DNA of 64,000 nucleotides, taken from Patescibacteria group bacterium. Its GTDB lineage: Bacteria; Patescibacteriota; Patescibacteriia; PEXW01. Under the pieces are notes generated by a model. It was not told where the DNA came from and ran no database searches. It saw nothing but the letters and a program-made list of their open reading frames with translations. The stretch's first letter is position 1. Each line of letters opens with the position of its first letter. Positions 46,408 to 57,097 of the stretch are shown here, piece by piece. The stretch spans positions 221,332-285,331 of the forward strand of contig JBAZBR010000001.1 in NCBI GenBank assembly GCA_041671325.1, given 5' to 3'. The translations under genes were made by a program, and so were the position numbers.

Positions 46408-47974
46408 AATAGTTTCGCAAATCAAACCATATTTGCCGGTTGTTTTAGTCGTAATTGACGGTTGGGGAATTGGCAAGCCCGGACCTTGGAACGCCATAAC
46501 CCAAGCAAAGACCCCGAATTATACCTATCTCTTGAAACGCTACCCTAACACAAGCCTTGAAGCTGGCGGGAGGGCGGTTGGTCTTTCTAAAGGCCAAGAT
46601 GGCAATAGCGAAGCCGGGCACATGAACATCGGGGCGGGCCGCGTGGTCTTGCAGGACGAAGTGGAAATTTCACGGGCTATCACGACTGGCGCATTTTTCC
46701 GAAACCCGGCATTCATCCGGGCTATCCGTCATGTCCAGAAGCATAACTCCACTCTTCATCTGATTGGGATGATGGGCAATAACCAAAGTGCCCATGCCAG
46801 TCCCGACCACCTCCTCGCCCTGCTGACCTTTGTCCGACTGATGAGGCTGAAGCATGTAAAATTGCATATTTTTACAGATGGTCGGGACAGCCCGCGTTTT
46901 GCGGCCATCAAGATTTTAAAAATGCTGGAGATGGAGCTAGGGAATACGCGCATTGCTTCGGTTACCGGCCGGTATTATGCCATGGATCGCGCATTGCACT
47001 GGGGGCGCATTAAACAGACATATGACCTACTCACCCTTGGGAGCGGGTTGCGGGCAACCAGCCCAGAAAGCGCAATCCTGGAGGCTTATAACCGGAATGG
47101 AAGTGACGAATTCATTATGCCAACAGCAGTGGTGCCTGAAGGACATCGCCCGAGCGTCGTGAAGGATAATGATTCAATTATCTTCTTTAACTTGCGCAGT
47201 GACCGGGCCCGACAGCTCACCAAGGCTTTCGTACAGCTGGATTTTTCTGGCTTCCGCCGGAAAAAAATTATTAAGAATTTAGTTTTTGTTGCCATGACGG
47301 ACTTTGGGCCAGATTTGCCAGGAGTCCTTTCAGCTTTTCCCAGCCGGGATATTGATGATACATTACCCATGGTTTTAAAAGGCTATAGGCAGTTGTACGT
47401 ATCCGAAAGTGAAAAATATGCGCATATGACCTATTTTTTTAACGGTGGATATGATCACCCCGTGGCAGGTGAAGATCGCGTCTCTATACCTTCACCAAAA
47501 GTGCTGACTTACGATAAACGGCCAGCCATGTCCACGGCAAAAGTCACGCAGTACGTCATTCGCGACCTAAAAAAACAAGCCCACGATTTTATTGCCCTAA
47601 ACTATGCGGCGCCAGATATGGTGGCGCACACCGGGCACATGCACGCGTCGATTAAGGCAGTTGAAGCCGTGGATAAAGGTCTTGGCATATTGGAACGAGC
47701 AGTTCGTAAGGCACATGGTACTCTGATTATCACCGCTGACCATGGTAACATTGAAGAATTGAAAAATATTAGGACTGGCGAAGTTGATACAGAACATTCT
47801 AATACCCCCGTACCTTTTATTTTAGTGAATAAAAATTATAAAAAGTGCAAATTAAGGAAATTTGGGTGTCTGGCCAATATCGCTCCGACCATCCTGGATT
47901 TAATGCAAGTCAGTAAGCCGAAACTGATGATAGGAAAAAGCTTATTAATTAAAAAGCAAAAACATGAATGCTGA
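46400..47974 (+). CDS. gpmI: 2,3-bisphosphoglycerate-independent phosphoglycerate mutase (iPGM), copy 1, GC-rich core
   Basis: VIDGWGIG, GNSEAGHMNIGAGRVV, TADHGN and the phosphatase/transferase domains. GC content of 46480-47750 is clearly elevated. Confidence 0.9.
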   Translation: MAKIVSQIKPYLPVVLVVIDGWGIGKPGPWNAITQAKTPNYTYLLKRYPNTSLEAGGRAVGLSKGQDGNSEAGHMNIGAGRVVLQDEVEISRAITTGAFFRNPAFIRAIRHVQKHNSTLHLIGMMGNNQSAHASPDHLLALLTFVRLMRLKHVKLHIFTDGRDSPRFAAIKILKMLEMELGNTRIASVTGRYYAMDRALHWGRIKQTYDLLTLGSGLRATSPESAILEAYNRNGSDEFIMPTAVVPEGHRPSVVKDNDSIIFFNLRSDRARQLTKAFVQLDFSGFRRKKIIKNLVFVAMTDFGPDLPGVLSAFPSRDIDDTLPMVLKGYRQLYVSESEKYAHMTYFFNGGYDHPVAGEDRVSIPSPKVLTYDKRPAMSTAKVTQYVIRDLKKQAHDFIALNYAAPDMVAHTGHMHASIKAVEAVDKGLGILERAVRKAHGTLIITADHGNIEELKNIRTGEVDTEHSNTPVPFILVNKNYKKCKLRKFGCLANIAPTILDLMQVSKPKLMIGKSLLIKKQKHEC

Positions 47975-49567
47975 ATCATTTGTACCTCGAGTCAGGCCAC
48001 TGGTATTATTAATTTTAGACGGCTGGGGAATTGGCAAGCCTTCCAGAAGCAATCCCTACAGCATTGCTAAATTGCCTAATTATGAAGATTTGATTTTGCA
48101 TTATCCAGCCATAGCCTTGCAGGCTTCCGGTGAGTCCGTAGGTTTACCTTGGGGTGAGATGGGCAATTCTGAAGTCGGCCACGTGAATTGGGTTCGGGAA
48201 AAATCATATACCAAAATCTTCCCAGGATTAACCGGGCAATATCTGACGGCAGTTTTTTCAAAAACCCAGCCTTGTTATCAGCTATCGAAAATACCAAGAA
48301 ACGGAATACCGCCCTGCACCTTATGGGCCTGGTAAGTTCTGGCGGAGTCCACAGTTTTAATGAACATGCTTATGCCTTGATTGAAATGGCCAAGCAACAA
48401 GGCGTGAAAGAACTCTATTTCCATGCTTTTTTGGATGGCCGAGATACGCCGCCAAAAAGCGCGGAAAATTTTATCGGCAAGCTGATAAGCCACATGAAAG
48501 AAGTTGGCTTAGGCAAGATCGCCACCTTAAGCGGCAGATTTTACGCCATGGACCGTGATAATCGCTGGGATAGGGAAGAAAAAGCCTTTAAAGCCTTGGT
48601 CAAGGGTGAAGCGGATAAAAAAGGCCCAGACCCAATTGCTTTAATCCAGCAAAGTTATGCGGTTGGAGTGTATGATGAAGAATTCATCCCAACTGTCATC
48701 ACCAATGAAAAAGGCGAGCCTGTTGGCACTATAAAAGACGGTGATAGTATTATAACTTTTAATTTTCGGCCAGACCGCATGCGGCAAATTACTAAGGTTT
48801 TTACCCTACCAGGTTTTGAAAAATTTGACCGGGGAACGTATTTTAAAGATTTGTTTTTTGTGACCATGACTGAATACGACAAGGACTTGCCGGTTATCGT
48901 GGCTTTTCCGCCAGAAGAAATAAATTACCCGATTGCTAGGGTTATTTCTGATGCGGGTTTAAAGCAAATGCATATAGCCGAAACTGAAAAATACGCGCAT
49001 GTCACTTATTTTTTCAATGGCGGACATGAACAAGCTTATCCCAATGAAGACCATGTGCTCATTCCCAGTCCGCATGTTTCCAGTTATGACCGCAAACCAG
49101 CCATGTCTGTTCGGGAAATCACCGAGAGGTTGGTTAAAGAACTGGCTAAAGGTACCTATGATTTTTATGTCGTTAATTTTGCCAATGCGGATATGGTTGC
49201 CCATACTGGTAATATGCAAGCTACTATTGAGTCTTTAGAAATTTTGGATGAATGTTTAAAACAAGTAGTGGAAGCAGTTTTAGCCATAAATGGCGCTTTA
49301 TATATCACGGCTGACCATGGCAATGCTGAAGAATTAGTAAACATGCAAACCGGCTCGATTGACAAGGAACATTCAACCAGCCCAGTTCCGTTAATCGCCG
49401 TAGCGAATTTTTGGAAAGACACTTCCCCATATATAATCCCAGGCGGCATGTCAGCCCTGAATTCAGCCCAGCCTGTGGGCATTTTGGCAGATGTGACCGT
49501 AACAATCCTGGAAACTTTGGGTTTGCCAGTGCCGGAAGAAATGACGGGCCGAAATTTATTAAATTAA
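47964..49567 (+). pseudogene. gpmI: Second iPGM paralog (native AT-rich composition) interrupted by a +/-1 frameshift near 48186
   Basis: The two overlapping track ORFs 47964-48335 and 48188-49567 together cover a full-length iPGM. The frame changes between GNSEVGHVN and (I/L)GSGKIIYQ. Confidence 0.6.
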
Positions 49568-49573
49568 TTAATT

Positions 49574-51484
49574 ATGCCCGAAGCTGAAAATGCTGCCAGT
49601 ATCCCGCAAACTAAAAGTCATTTAAGGAGGCACTATGGTTTTTTACGCATTTTAATTGCCCTGCCAATTTTTTTTATTGGTGCCTTTTTATTGATTTCAC
49701 AATCTCCAAAACCAAGAATAACTTCACCTTTAGTCAATAATGCCTTGCCTTTGGATGCGTCTTTGGCTATAGATTTTTCATGGCCGGTTTCCCGGAATCT
49801 GGACTTTAAAATTAGCCCGAACGTTGAAGGTGAACTTAGCTTTGAATCAGCTTGGTTTAAAGACCGCATGGTAACTCAGGCAGTTTTTACACCGGATTTT
49901 ACTTGGGATCCCAATGTCAAATATGAAATTACCTTAACAAACGTAAAAAACGCCATTCCCGGCAGGCAAGTCGGCCAAACCCACACTTTAAATTTTTCTA
50001 CCCTGCCAAATCTTAAAATCACTAGCGTACAACCCGCTCAAACCGAAATAATTTCAGCCGATACCAATTGGCAAATAAATTTTGACCGCGCCCAGTCAAA
50101 ATTTGAAGAATATACTTTTCAATTATCGCCGAGCCTAGATTTTTCTGCGGAAAAATTACCAAATAATTCAGGATATGTGATTAGACCTTCGCAATTATTA
50201 GCCCAAGGCCAAAAGTATGCCCTAAAAGCTTTTCAAACTGAAAAAAAGTATGTCTTTAATACCCAAGAAGTGGCCAGCATGTCTGAACAAAATTTGGTAG
50301 TCAATGATGTTTGGCAAGTCAGGCAACCGCCAGGAGTTACAAAAGTTTATCCAACCGGCACTAATATCCCTTTGAATGCTAATTTGGAGATAGATTTTTC
50401 AGAAAGTTTTGCCAAAGAAATTTTATTAGCTAATTTGACTATTGAGCCAGCTTTGGCAGGGAATTGGAGCAGTCAGGATGGTAAAGCTTATATTTTTATT
50501 CCCGAAGAATTAAAATCAGCCACGACTTACACGGTTAAAGTCAAAGCTGGCACTAAGACTTTGGCTGGAGGTTTTTTAGCTGAAGATGTGGTTTACCAAT
50601 TTTCCACCATTGAACCGGTAAAAATTATTTCCAGCACGCCCAAAAATGGTGATAAGGGCATTGCCGTAGGCAGTACTTTGAAATTTACCTTTAACCAGCC
50701 AGTTGACCACAAAAACGCCGAATCGAAATTTAAAATTACCCCGGCTATTTCCGGAGATTTTTCCTGGACAGAAAATACTTTAAATTTCAAACCCAAATCG
50801 CCATTAAATTTTAGTTTAAATTATAGTATTATTTTTGCTTCTGGAATTTTAGCGCCGGCAGGTTTAAATTCAGTAATCCAAGAGGTTATTAATTTTACGA
50901 CCGAAGTTTCGGTTACCCGTTTAGCCGTGCCTTTCCACAGGCAAGAACACAAATTGAGTTGTGAAATTGCCACTTTAGTCATGGCCTTGCGTTATCGGGG
51001 AATTGATATTAGCGAGCAACCCATAATCGACGCGATCGGTTTTGACCCGACCCCGAAAAAGAATGGGGTTTGGGGAAATCCGAATATAGCTTTTGTCGGT
51101 GATATAGACGGCCAACAGCCCGAAACTGGTTATGGGGTTTATTGGGAGCCGATTGCTAAAGCGTCCTTAAAATACCGTAATGCCCGGGCATTTACTAATG
51201 GCAAGTTGACAGACATTACTTCTGAAGTTAAAAAGGGCAATCCCGTGATTGTTTGGGGCACGGCTGGTACTGGCCGGAGGATTGATTGGAAAACCAAAAC
51301 CGGGGAAAACATAATTGCCATAACCGGTGAACATACTCGTATAGTCATTGGCTTTGTTGGGTCAGTGGAAAATCCATCCAAGATAATTACCCTGGACCCG
51401 CTTTATGGTGAAAAGAATTTTACCCAGTCAGCATTTTTATATAACTGGAGTTTGTTAGGTAATAGCGGGGTAGTGGTAGAGTAA
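49574..51484 (+). CDS. Membrane-anchored protein with Ig-like repeats and a C-terminal C39-like (papain-fold) peptidase domain
   Basis: N-terminal TM. Repeated beta-sandwich segments. The C-terminal domain has candidate catalytic Cys in HKLSCEIATLVMAL and His in ITGEHTRIVIGF. Confidence 0.55.
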   Translation: MPEAENAASIPQTKSHLRRHYGFLRILIALPIFFIGAFLLISQSPKPRITSPLVNNALPLDASLAIDFSWPVSRNLDFKISPNVEGELSFESAWFKDRMVTQAVFTPDFTWDPNVKYEITLTNVKNAIPGRQVGQTHTLNFSTLPNLKITSVQPAQTEIISADTNWQINFDRAQSKFEEYTFQLSPSLDFSAEKLPNNSGYVIRPSQLLAQGQKYALKAFQTEKKYVFNTQEVASMSEQNLVVNDVWQVRQPPGVTKVYPTGTNIPLNANLEIDFSESFAKEILLANLTIEPALAGNWSSQDGKAYIFIPEELKSATTYTVKVKAGTKTLAGGFLAEDVVYQFSTIEPVKIISSTPKNGDKGIAVGSTLKFTFNQPVDHKNAESKFKITPAISGDFSWTENTLNFKPKSPLNFSLNYSIIFASGILAPAGLNSVIQEVINFTTEVSVTRLAVPFHRQEHKLSCEIATLVMALRYRGIDISEQPIIDAIGFDPTPKKNGVWGNPNIAFVGDIDGQQPETGYGVYWEPIAKASLKYRNARAFTNGKLTDITSEVKKGNPVIVWGTAGTGRRIDWKTKTGENIIAITGEHTRIVIGFVGSVENPSKIITLDPLYGEKNFTQSAFLYNWSLLGNSGVVVE

Positions 51485-51611
51485 TTCATAAACAATAAAT
51501 TCACTATATAGGAATTTCTTTCTATAGATTTGTCTTTTTCAAATTTAAGCAGTAGGCTATTAAAAAAGCTTTTTTAACAAATAAAAGGGGACAGATTAGG
51601 AGGATTTTAGC

Positions 51612-52478
51612 ATGGTTAACGAAGATATTAAGAAAATTATCGTGGTTTCAGACAGTACTGGGAGTACGGCCAACCGGGTGCTTGGAGCTGTACTGGCTCA
51701 ATATAAAAAGTTGGATATAAGTTTTTGTGTTGAGCATATTTACCGTGAAGTAAGGACACGGAAACAGGTTGACCAAATTTTAGCGACAATCGATGATGAC
51801 TATATGGTGGTCTTCACCATTGTCATTGAAGATTTGCGACATTACTTCCACGACAAGCTTGAAGAAAGGGGGATATTGCACCTGAATGTTTTGGGACCAA
51901 TGCTGCGGACCTGTAAACGTTTTTTAGGCGTCGTTGACCACTATCAACCTGGTTTGACCGTTAAACTTGATGAAGCCTACGACCATCGGGTTAAGGCCGT
52001 GCATTTTGCCCTGGAGCATGATGATGGCAATGGTTTACGCTTGAAAGACGCCGAATTGGTTTTAGTCGGCCCGTCGCGTTGCGGTAAGACCCCGCTTTCC
52101 ATGTACATTGCCAGCGTAGCTGGTTTATGGGTCGGGAATATCCCCATAGTCCCTTTGGAAACCATGAAAGCAGATTTACTGCGCCGCTTAAAGGAAGTGG
52201 ACCCATCGAAAATTGTGGGATTGTTCATTTCTGCGGATGAGTTGTTGAAGCACCGCCAAGAGCGATCTGAAAAATTAGGAATAAACAGTAGTCAAGTTGG
52301 CTTAGGTGTTTATCATGATTTCAGCGCTATTCGGCAGGAAATCATTTTTTGCCGAAGATTGTATAAAAAGCAAGACTGGCCAGTAATCGAAACTACTCGC
52401 CGGGCTTATGAAGAGGTGGCTGTAGAAATCTTGGCTGCCGTGGGCTTTCCTGATATTCGGGCAATCCATCGCACCTAG
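51612..52478 (+). CDS. PpsR-like PEP synthetase / PPDK regulatory protein (bifunctional kinase-pyrophosphorylase, DUF299)
   Basis: IIVVSDSTGSTA near the N-terminus and LVGPSRCGKTPLSMYIA P-loop, the hallmark motifs of PSRP/PDRP. Confidence 0.7.
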   Translation: MVNEDIKKIIVVSDSTGSTANRVLGAVLAQYKKLDISFCVEHIYREVRTRKQVDQILATIDDDYMVVFTIVIEDLRHYFHDKLEERGILHLNVLGPMLRTCKRFLGVVDHYQPGLTVKLDEAYDHRVKAVHFALEHDDGNGLRLKDAELVLVGPSRCGKTPLSMYIASVAGLWVGNIPIVPLETMKADLLRRLKEVDPSKIVGLFISADELLKHRQERSEKLGINSSQVGLGVYHDFSAIRQEIIFCRRLYKKQDWPVIETTRRAYEEVAVEILAAVGFPDIRAIHRT

Positions 52479-52509
52479 CTGTAATCAACTTGTTTTTTTA
52501 TAAGCCTAG

Positions 52510-52545
52510 CTTTCAATTTTGGAGGCTGGGCTTTTTTATTTAATA
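52510..52545. terminator. Bidirectional hairpin terminator between ppsR-like and the convergent 390-aa gene
   Basis: AGCCTAGC...GCTGGGCT stem with T-runs on both sides. Confidence 0.45.
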
Positions 52546-52592
52546 AAAACCCCCACCCTAGAGATGAGAGTTTTTGAAAAGAAAAATTAGCT

Positions 52593-53765
52593 TTATATGC
52601 TAATTTCACGATACTGATGTTGCCGCATGATATGGATGATGCTGTCGTTATCAGAAGGCGTTACCACTAGCATTGAACGGAACTTGCTGGGTATGACAAA
52701 ATTCTTGAGACGGCTGATGTCAAGATAAACGTAGTCATCAGTCGAAGAAAAAATACTGTACGGTTTTGCGGTTGACATTAGTACGCCTTCTTTTACCCAT
52801 GGCCGGTCTGTGGAAACTTCGAAAATCTTCATCACGGGTTCACCTTGGGCATTGCGGGCAAACCGTACAAAAGCCAGCCAATGAATCCATTCACCGATTT
52901 TTTCCCCATTAGCCATGATAAAACCAATTGGGCCATGGTTTTTTTGGAGTTCGGAAAGATACAGGATCCTGGCTGGGCCGCCGGGTTGGGTATGGTGGAC
53001 AAAAGCATCTTTCTGGTCTTTAGCCACAAAGATCATGCAATCGTCAAAATTTTCCCTGTACCCAGCTTTATTGGGCGAGCCAAGGAAAGTGACGAACCGC
53101 TTGCGATCGTCTGCGGTAGCACAGAGTTCACTAGCGGTTAAGAATTCCAACCGCTTGCCGTGCTTGCAAATATGCTCCAAATCAATCGTGTCTAAATGCT
53201 TATCCGTAAAGCGCGGAAGCTTCAAGTTGAAAACACCCGCAGGAGAAGCAACAAAAATTGTTTGGGTTATGTAGTTTAAAATAACCGAAAAAATTATCTC
53301 TCCCTTCCGTACGCAGGTGATTGAAGTCGTCGCCCCGGTAATTGAAGCGGGCGCTTCAAACATTTGATTCCAGATACTAATACTTTTCTCACGACCCATC
53401 AGGATGCCAAGCTTCTGCAGTTCCTGACCCTTAGAGATTTCTTGGATAAATCTTTTTAGAAAACTGGAACGGTCAGTTGGATCGCAAAAGAACATTAATG
53501 GCTGTCTAACTGGATCTGAATCACTCGGCCAACGCCGTTTTGCCGCTTCATCCAATTCTTCGGTTACAAAAATTGCATGATCATCAAAATCGCGAATTCT
53601 TCTGGCTATGCAGATTTCCGGAATTGCGTCTAGGCCAAGAGTGTCGCCTTTGCCATACCGAACCTGTGCCAAGGTTTCTGCGGCAGAGCTTTCAAATAGC
53701 TCACGCCATGCCGTTATCTCGGCGTTAATCGCCACGTCGCAATATTGTTTTTCAATGCCTTGCAT
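52593..53765 (-). CDS. Hypothetical 390-aa protein (GC-rich) with weak IMPase/FBPase-superfamily-like motifs
   Basis: FVTEELDE and FFCDPTDRSSFL loosely resemble the EE and DP(I/L)DG(S/T) metal-binding motifs. Confidence 0.4.
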   Translation of the reverse strand: MQGIEKQYCDVAINAEITAWRELFESSAAETLAQVRYGKGDTLGLDAIPEICIARRIRDFDDHAIFVTEELDEAAKRRWPSDSDPVRQPLMFFCDPTDRSSFLKRFIQEISKGQELQKLGILMGREKSISIWNQMFEAPASITGATTSITCVRKGEIIFSVILNYITQTIFVASPAGVFNLKLPRFTDKHLDTIDLEHICKHGKRLEFLTASELCATADDRKRFVTFLGSPNKAGYRENFDDCMIFVAKDQKDAFVHHTQPGGPARILYLSELQKNHGPIGFIMANGEKIGEWIHWLAFVRFARNAQGEPVMKIFEVSTDRPWVKEGVLMSTAKPYSIFSSTDDYVYLDISRLKNFVIPSKFRSMLVVTPSDNDSIIHIMRQHQYREISI

Positions 53766-53903
53766 ACTTTTCCTCCATTCAAGTTAAGCGTATTTAGTTG
53801 TTAAATTACCTTGTTTATTAACAACATCTTAAGCAAGGTTTTGATTGTAGTCAAGCCATTAAATTACTTTTGAAACGATTATTTATTCAGTCAAATTTTT
53901 TTA

Positions 53904-54959
53904 GTGTATACTTTAAATATGAAGAAAATCACATTTCCAAAAGACGAACTGGTCCATAACACTTTTTTGGAATGGTGGTATTGGAATGGCCAGCTTTGGG
54001 ACGAACAAGGCCGACATTACAGTTACATGAATTGCCTTTTCCGGATCAAGCCAAAAAAGGTGCAATTACCGCTTTTCAAGAGGGTGCCTTTTGAAAATAT
54101 GTATTTTTCCCACTCCTTGCTTTCAGATATTACCCGTAAAAAATTTACAACCCAAATTGACTATTTGGACTTGGTTGCCAAAGACAGTTTTTCCAAACCC
54201 AATTTATTCGTAAACTACGCCAGTCCCATTACCAAAACCGGGTACTTCAATAAAGTTATGGAATTTAAGGATGACCATTATTTTTTAAAGAATGAAAATA
54301 TCGAATTGAATTTAGGTTTAGTTAAAAAACCTTTGTTGGAGAACGGCAATGGTTTTGTTAAATTAAGCACCAAGAAGTCCTATTATTATTCTTTAACTAA
54401 TCTTTCCACCCAAGGCGTAATTAAAATCAATAATCAACTAATTCAAGTTAAGGGTAAATCTTGGATGGATCACCAATGGGCTAATGTAAAATTTACCCGG
54501 GATAAGTGGGATTGGTTTTCCATACAACTTGAAAATAATTCTGAATTAGTCTGTTACCAATATGGCAAGGGTAAAAACAAATCAACTTTAGCCACTATTA
54601 TCCATCCAAATTCCAAGCAGGAATCTACGAAAATAGCCTTTATTAAACCTTGTGGAAAATCTTGGCATAGCTCAAAAACGCACGCAGATTATCCTTTAGA
54701 ATGGCAGATTGAAATTCCTAAATTTAAATTAAAAATTCAAGCTAGGGCATTAAATAACAATCAAGAGGTTATTTTCGGCGTATTGAATTATTGGGAAGGA
54801 CCAATGGAAATAAAAGCCCAAATAGCCGATCGCTCGGTTACGGGTTGGGGATTTACTGAACTGGTTGGTTATGATTCAGTTTTTAATGACCGGACAATGT
54901 TAAAAAATAATCTTAAGGATAGGTTAGTAAACCGTTATAAAAAATTTTTTACATTTTAA
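53904..54959 (+). CDS. AttH/CrtC-like lipocalin-fold protein (hydroxyneurosporene synthase-like family)
   Basis: N-terminal FPKDELVHNTFLEWWYWNGQL resembles the conserved HP..EWWY.TG motif of the AttH/CrtC family. Confidence 0.5.
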   Translation: MYTLNMKKITFPKDELVHNTFLEWWYWNGQLWDEQGRHYSYMNCLFRIKPKKVQLPLFKRVPFENMYFSHSLLSDITRKKFTTQIDYLDLVAKDSFSKPNLFVNYASPITKTGYFNKVMEFKDDHYFLKNENIELNLGLVKKPLLENGNGFVKLSTKKSYYYSLTNLSTQGVIKINNQLIQVKGKSWMDHQWANVKFTRDKWDWFSIQLENNSELVCYQYGKGKNKSTLATIIHPNSKQESTKIAFIKPCGKSWHSSKTHADYPLEWQIEIPKFKLKIQARALNNNQEVIFGVLNYWEGPMEIKAQIADRSVTGWGFTELVGYDSVFNDRTMLKNNLKDRLVNRYKKFFTF

Positions 54960-54970
54960 TTAATAAATAT

Positions 54971-55210
54971 ATGGCGGAAAAACAAGAAGAATTCAAAATT
55001 GATGGTGATAAAATTGTCGCCAAGGTAAAAGAACTTATAAAGGAAGGCAATGCGCGGAAGATTATCATCAAGAATGAAAAAGGGGAGTCAATCATGGAAA
55101 TTCCCGTGACTATTGGTGCGGTTGGCGCTTTGTTAGCCCCCTATTTGTCGGCAGTTGGCGCCCTGGCTGCAATTTTAACAAAGTGTACGATTATTGTCGT
55201 TAAAAAATAA
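54971..55210 (+). CDS. Small DUF4342-like protein
   Basis: 79-aa ORF with a soluble N-terminal half and a hydrophobic C-terminal segment. Confidence 0.4.
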   Translation: MAEKQEEFKIDGDKIVAKVKELIKEGNARKIIIKNEKGESIMEIPVTIGAVGALLAPYLSAVGALAAILTKCTIIVVKK

Positions 55211-55241
55211 TTAAATAGCGAACGATCATTTTGATGGTCCG

Positions 55242-55589
55242 CTATTTTGGAATTCCAGTAAAGAAAGCAATCAGCCATGCACACCAGGCATAAATCGAGT
55301 ATTTATGGAAAAGGTGCGCAGGTTTTCCGCCTTTAAAATATGCCCGCAATGCCCAAATCAAATGCAGGAGCATGATAATTAAAGCGGCATAACCACAGCA
55401 TTTATGAAAGTCAAGCTGATGAGTACGAGCTGACAAACGCATTATAGTTGTCCCGATCAAATCATCAGCAAAGCCCAAGCAAAAAATAATTATCATCCAG
55501 CGCTCAAGGTGGTGCTTGATTTTCTCTGACCAGATTGCCGTGGTATAGAACATTAAGGCCAAAATCATGAAAAGAACTGCCCAAAACAT
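55242..55589 (-). CDS. Hypothetical integral membrane protein (4 TM)
   Basis: 115-aa hydrophobic ORF. Confidence 0.45.
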   Translation of the reverse strand: MFWAVLFMILALMFYTTAIWSEKIKHHLERWMIIIFCLGFADDLIGTTIMRLSARTHQLDFHKCCGYAALIIMLLHLIWALRAYFKGGKPAHLFHKYSIYAWCAWLIAFFTGIPK

Positions 55590-55666
55590 TTTGTCCTCCT
55601 TGGTTTTGAATTAATTTACACCCCAGCAATAGAATGTCAAATATTTAATAGAGCATACTTCAATTT

Positions 55667-56371
55667 ATGGGCACTTACCAAGAATTTATTTTAGACTATA
55701 AAAAATTAGACAATCCAAAACAAGCCAATATTTTGCGAGGGTTTTTCAAAACGGGTAAAGGCGAATATGGAGAAGGTGATGTATTTTTGGGCATAAAAGT
55801 CCCGGTACAAAGATCGGCAGTCAAAAAATATTACGATTTGCCAATTAATGATGTCATTAGAATTTTAACAAACAAGATTCATGAGTATCGTTTATCGGCA
55901 TTGTTTATATTGGTGCATAAGTTTCAAAAAGGGGATGATGCTTTAAAAAATCAAATCTTCAATTTATACCTTAAAAATACCAAGTTCATTAATAACTGGG
56001 ATTTGGTGGATTTATCTGCGCCAAATATAGTCGGTAATTATTTATTGGATAAACCCCGAACAATTTTATATGAGCTGGCTAAATCCAAGAATCTCTGGGA
56101 AAGACGGATTTCAGTGTTAAGCACATTTACTTTTATACGCCAAAATGATTTTAAAGATACCTTACGAATCAGCGGAATATTATTAAATGATAAACACGAT
56201 TTAATCCATAAAGCCGTGGGATGGATGTTAAGGGAAATCGGCAAAAGAAACAAAAAAATAGAAGAAAATTTTTTAAAGAAATATTATCGCCAAATGCCCA
56301 GAACAATGTTAAGATACGCAATAGAAAGGTTTCCTAAAGCTAAGCAACAAAAATATTTAAAGAAAGATTAG
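55667..56371 (+). CDS. DNA alkylation repair enzyme (AlkC/AlkD HEAT-like repeat DNA glycosylase family)
   Basis: NNWDLVD, LWERRISV and KAVGWMLREIGK motifs characteristic of AlkD. Confidence 0.75.
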   Translation: MGTYQEFILDYKKLDNPKQANILRGFFKTGKGEYGEGDVFLGIKVPVQRSAVKKYYDLPINDVIRILTNKIHEYRLSALFILVHKFQKGDDALKNQIFNLYLKNTKFINNWDLVDLSAPNIVGNYLLDKPRTILYELAKSKNLWERRISVLSTFTFIRQNDFKDTLRISGILLNDKHDLIHKAVGWMLREIGKRNKKIEENFLKKYYRQMPRTMLRYAIERFPKAKQQKYLKKD

Positions 56372-56375
56372 ATGT

Positions 56376-56621
56376 ATGGCAAAATCTTGGTTCAGGAAAA
56401 GAAAAGGCTTGAAAAGTCCAGATAAAGGCTGGGGCTTTGTACCTATAAGTTTTGAAGGCGTGACCATGTATTTGATTCTGCTGGCTTTAGCTATATTTTT
56501 GGTCATTCATTTTCAAATATGGCAGGCAACGGTTACCCAGGGTTTGAGTTTTGGGTTATTATTTATTTTTATTCTGATTATTTTTGCTTTTCTGGCCAGA
56601 ATGCGGACATTAAAAGATTGA
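56376..56621 (+). CDS. Small membrane protein (hypothetical)
   Basis: 81 aa with two hydrophobic helices. Confidence 0.35.
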   Translation: MAKSWFRKRKGLKSPDKGWGFVPISFEGVTMYLILLALAIFLVIHFQIWQATVTQGLSFGLLFIFILIIFAFLARMRTLKD

Positions 56622-56689
56622 ATTTGATAACAGTGAATTTTATCGGTACAAAAGAAAAACGACCCCAAAATACAGGGGTCGTTCAGGCA

Positions 56690-56950
56690 TCAGGCGGGTG
56701 TGTTAGCGTCTTGTGTTTTGAGTCGAGGGTCGCCTGGTTGTATAAAGGTCCATGAGCAATGCCTACAGAAAGTGTCATTTTTGCATACTTGACCCTGGCA
56801 ATGATTGCACCTCGGGCCCCATAACTGCGATCCGCATTCTTTACAGACCAGTTTGGCGCCATCAACAATTTTGGCAATTTGTCGGGGTCTAGCTCGGTAC
56901 TTTTCAAGGATTTTCTTGACAACATCCGGAGAAAAAGTTGAGCTTTCCAT
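56690..56950 (-). CDS. Small zinc-ribbon protein (hypothetical)
   Basis: Strong SD AAGGAGAGG before the ATG. CKECGSQLWGPRCNHCQGQVC...CRHC Cys clusters. Minus-strand terminator hairpin at 56648-56680. Confidence 0.5.
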   Translation of the reverse strand: MESSTFSPDVVKKILEKYRARPRQIAKIVDGAKLVCKECGSQLWGPRCNHCQGQVCKNDTFCRHCSWTFIQPGDPRLKTQDANTPA

Positions 56951-57097
56951 TAACCTCTCCTTACTTAAGATTTAACTTCATTCTAATCGTAAGACCTTAT
57001 AATAAATCAGTTTTAGTGTCAAGAATAATTTAACATTGACTTTTTCCCAACAAAGATCTAAAATAATTAGACTCAATTTAAATCACCATAAATTTTT

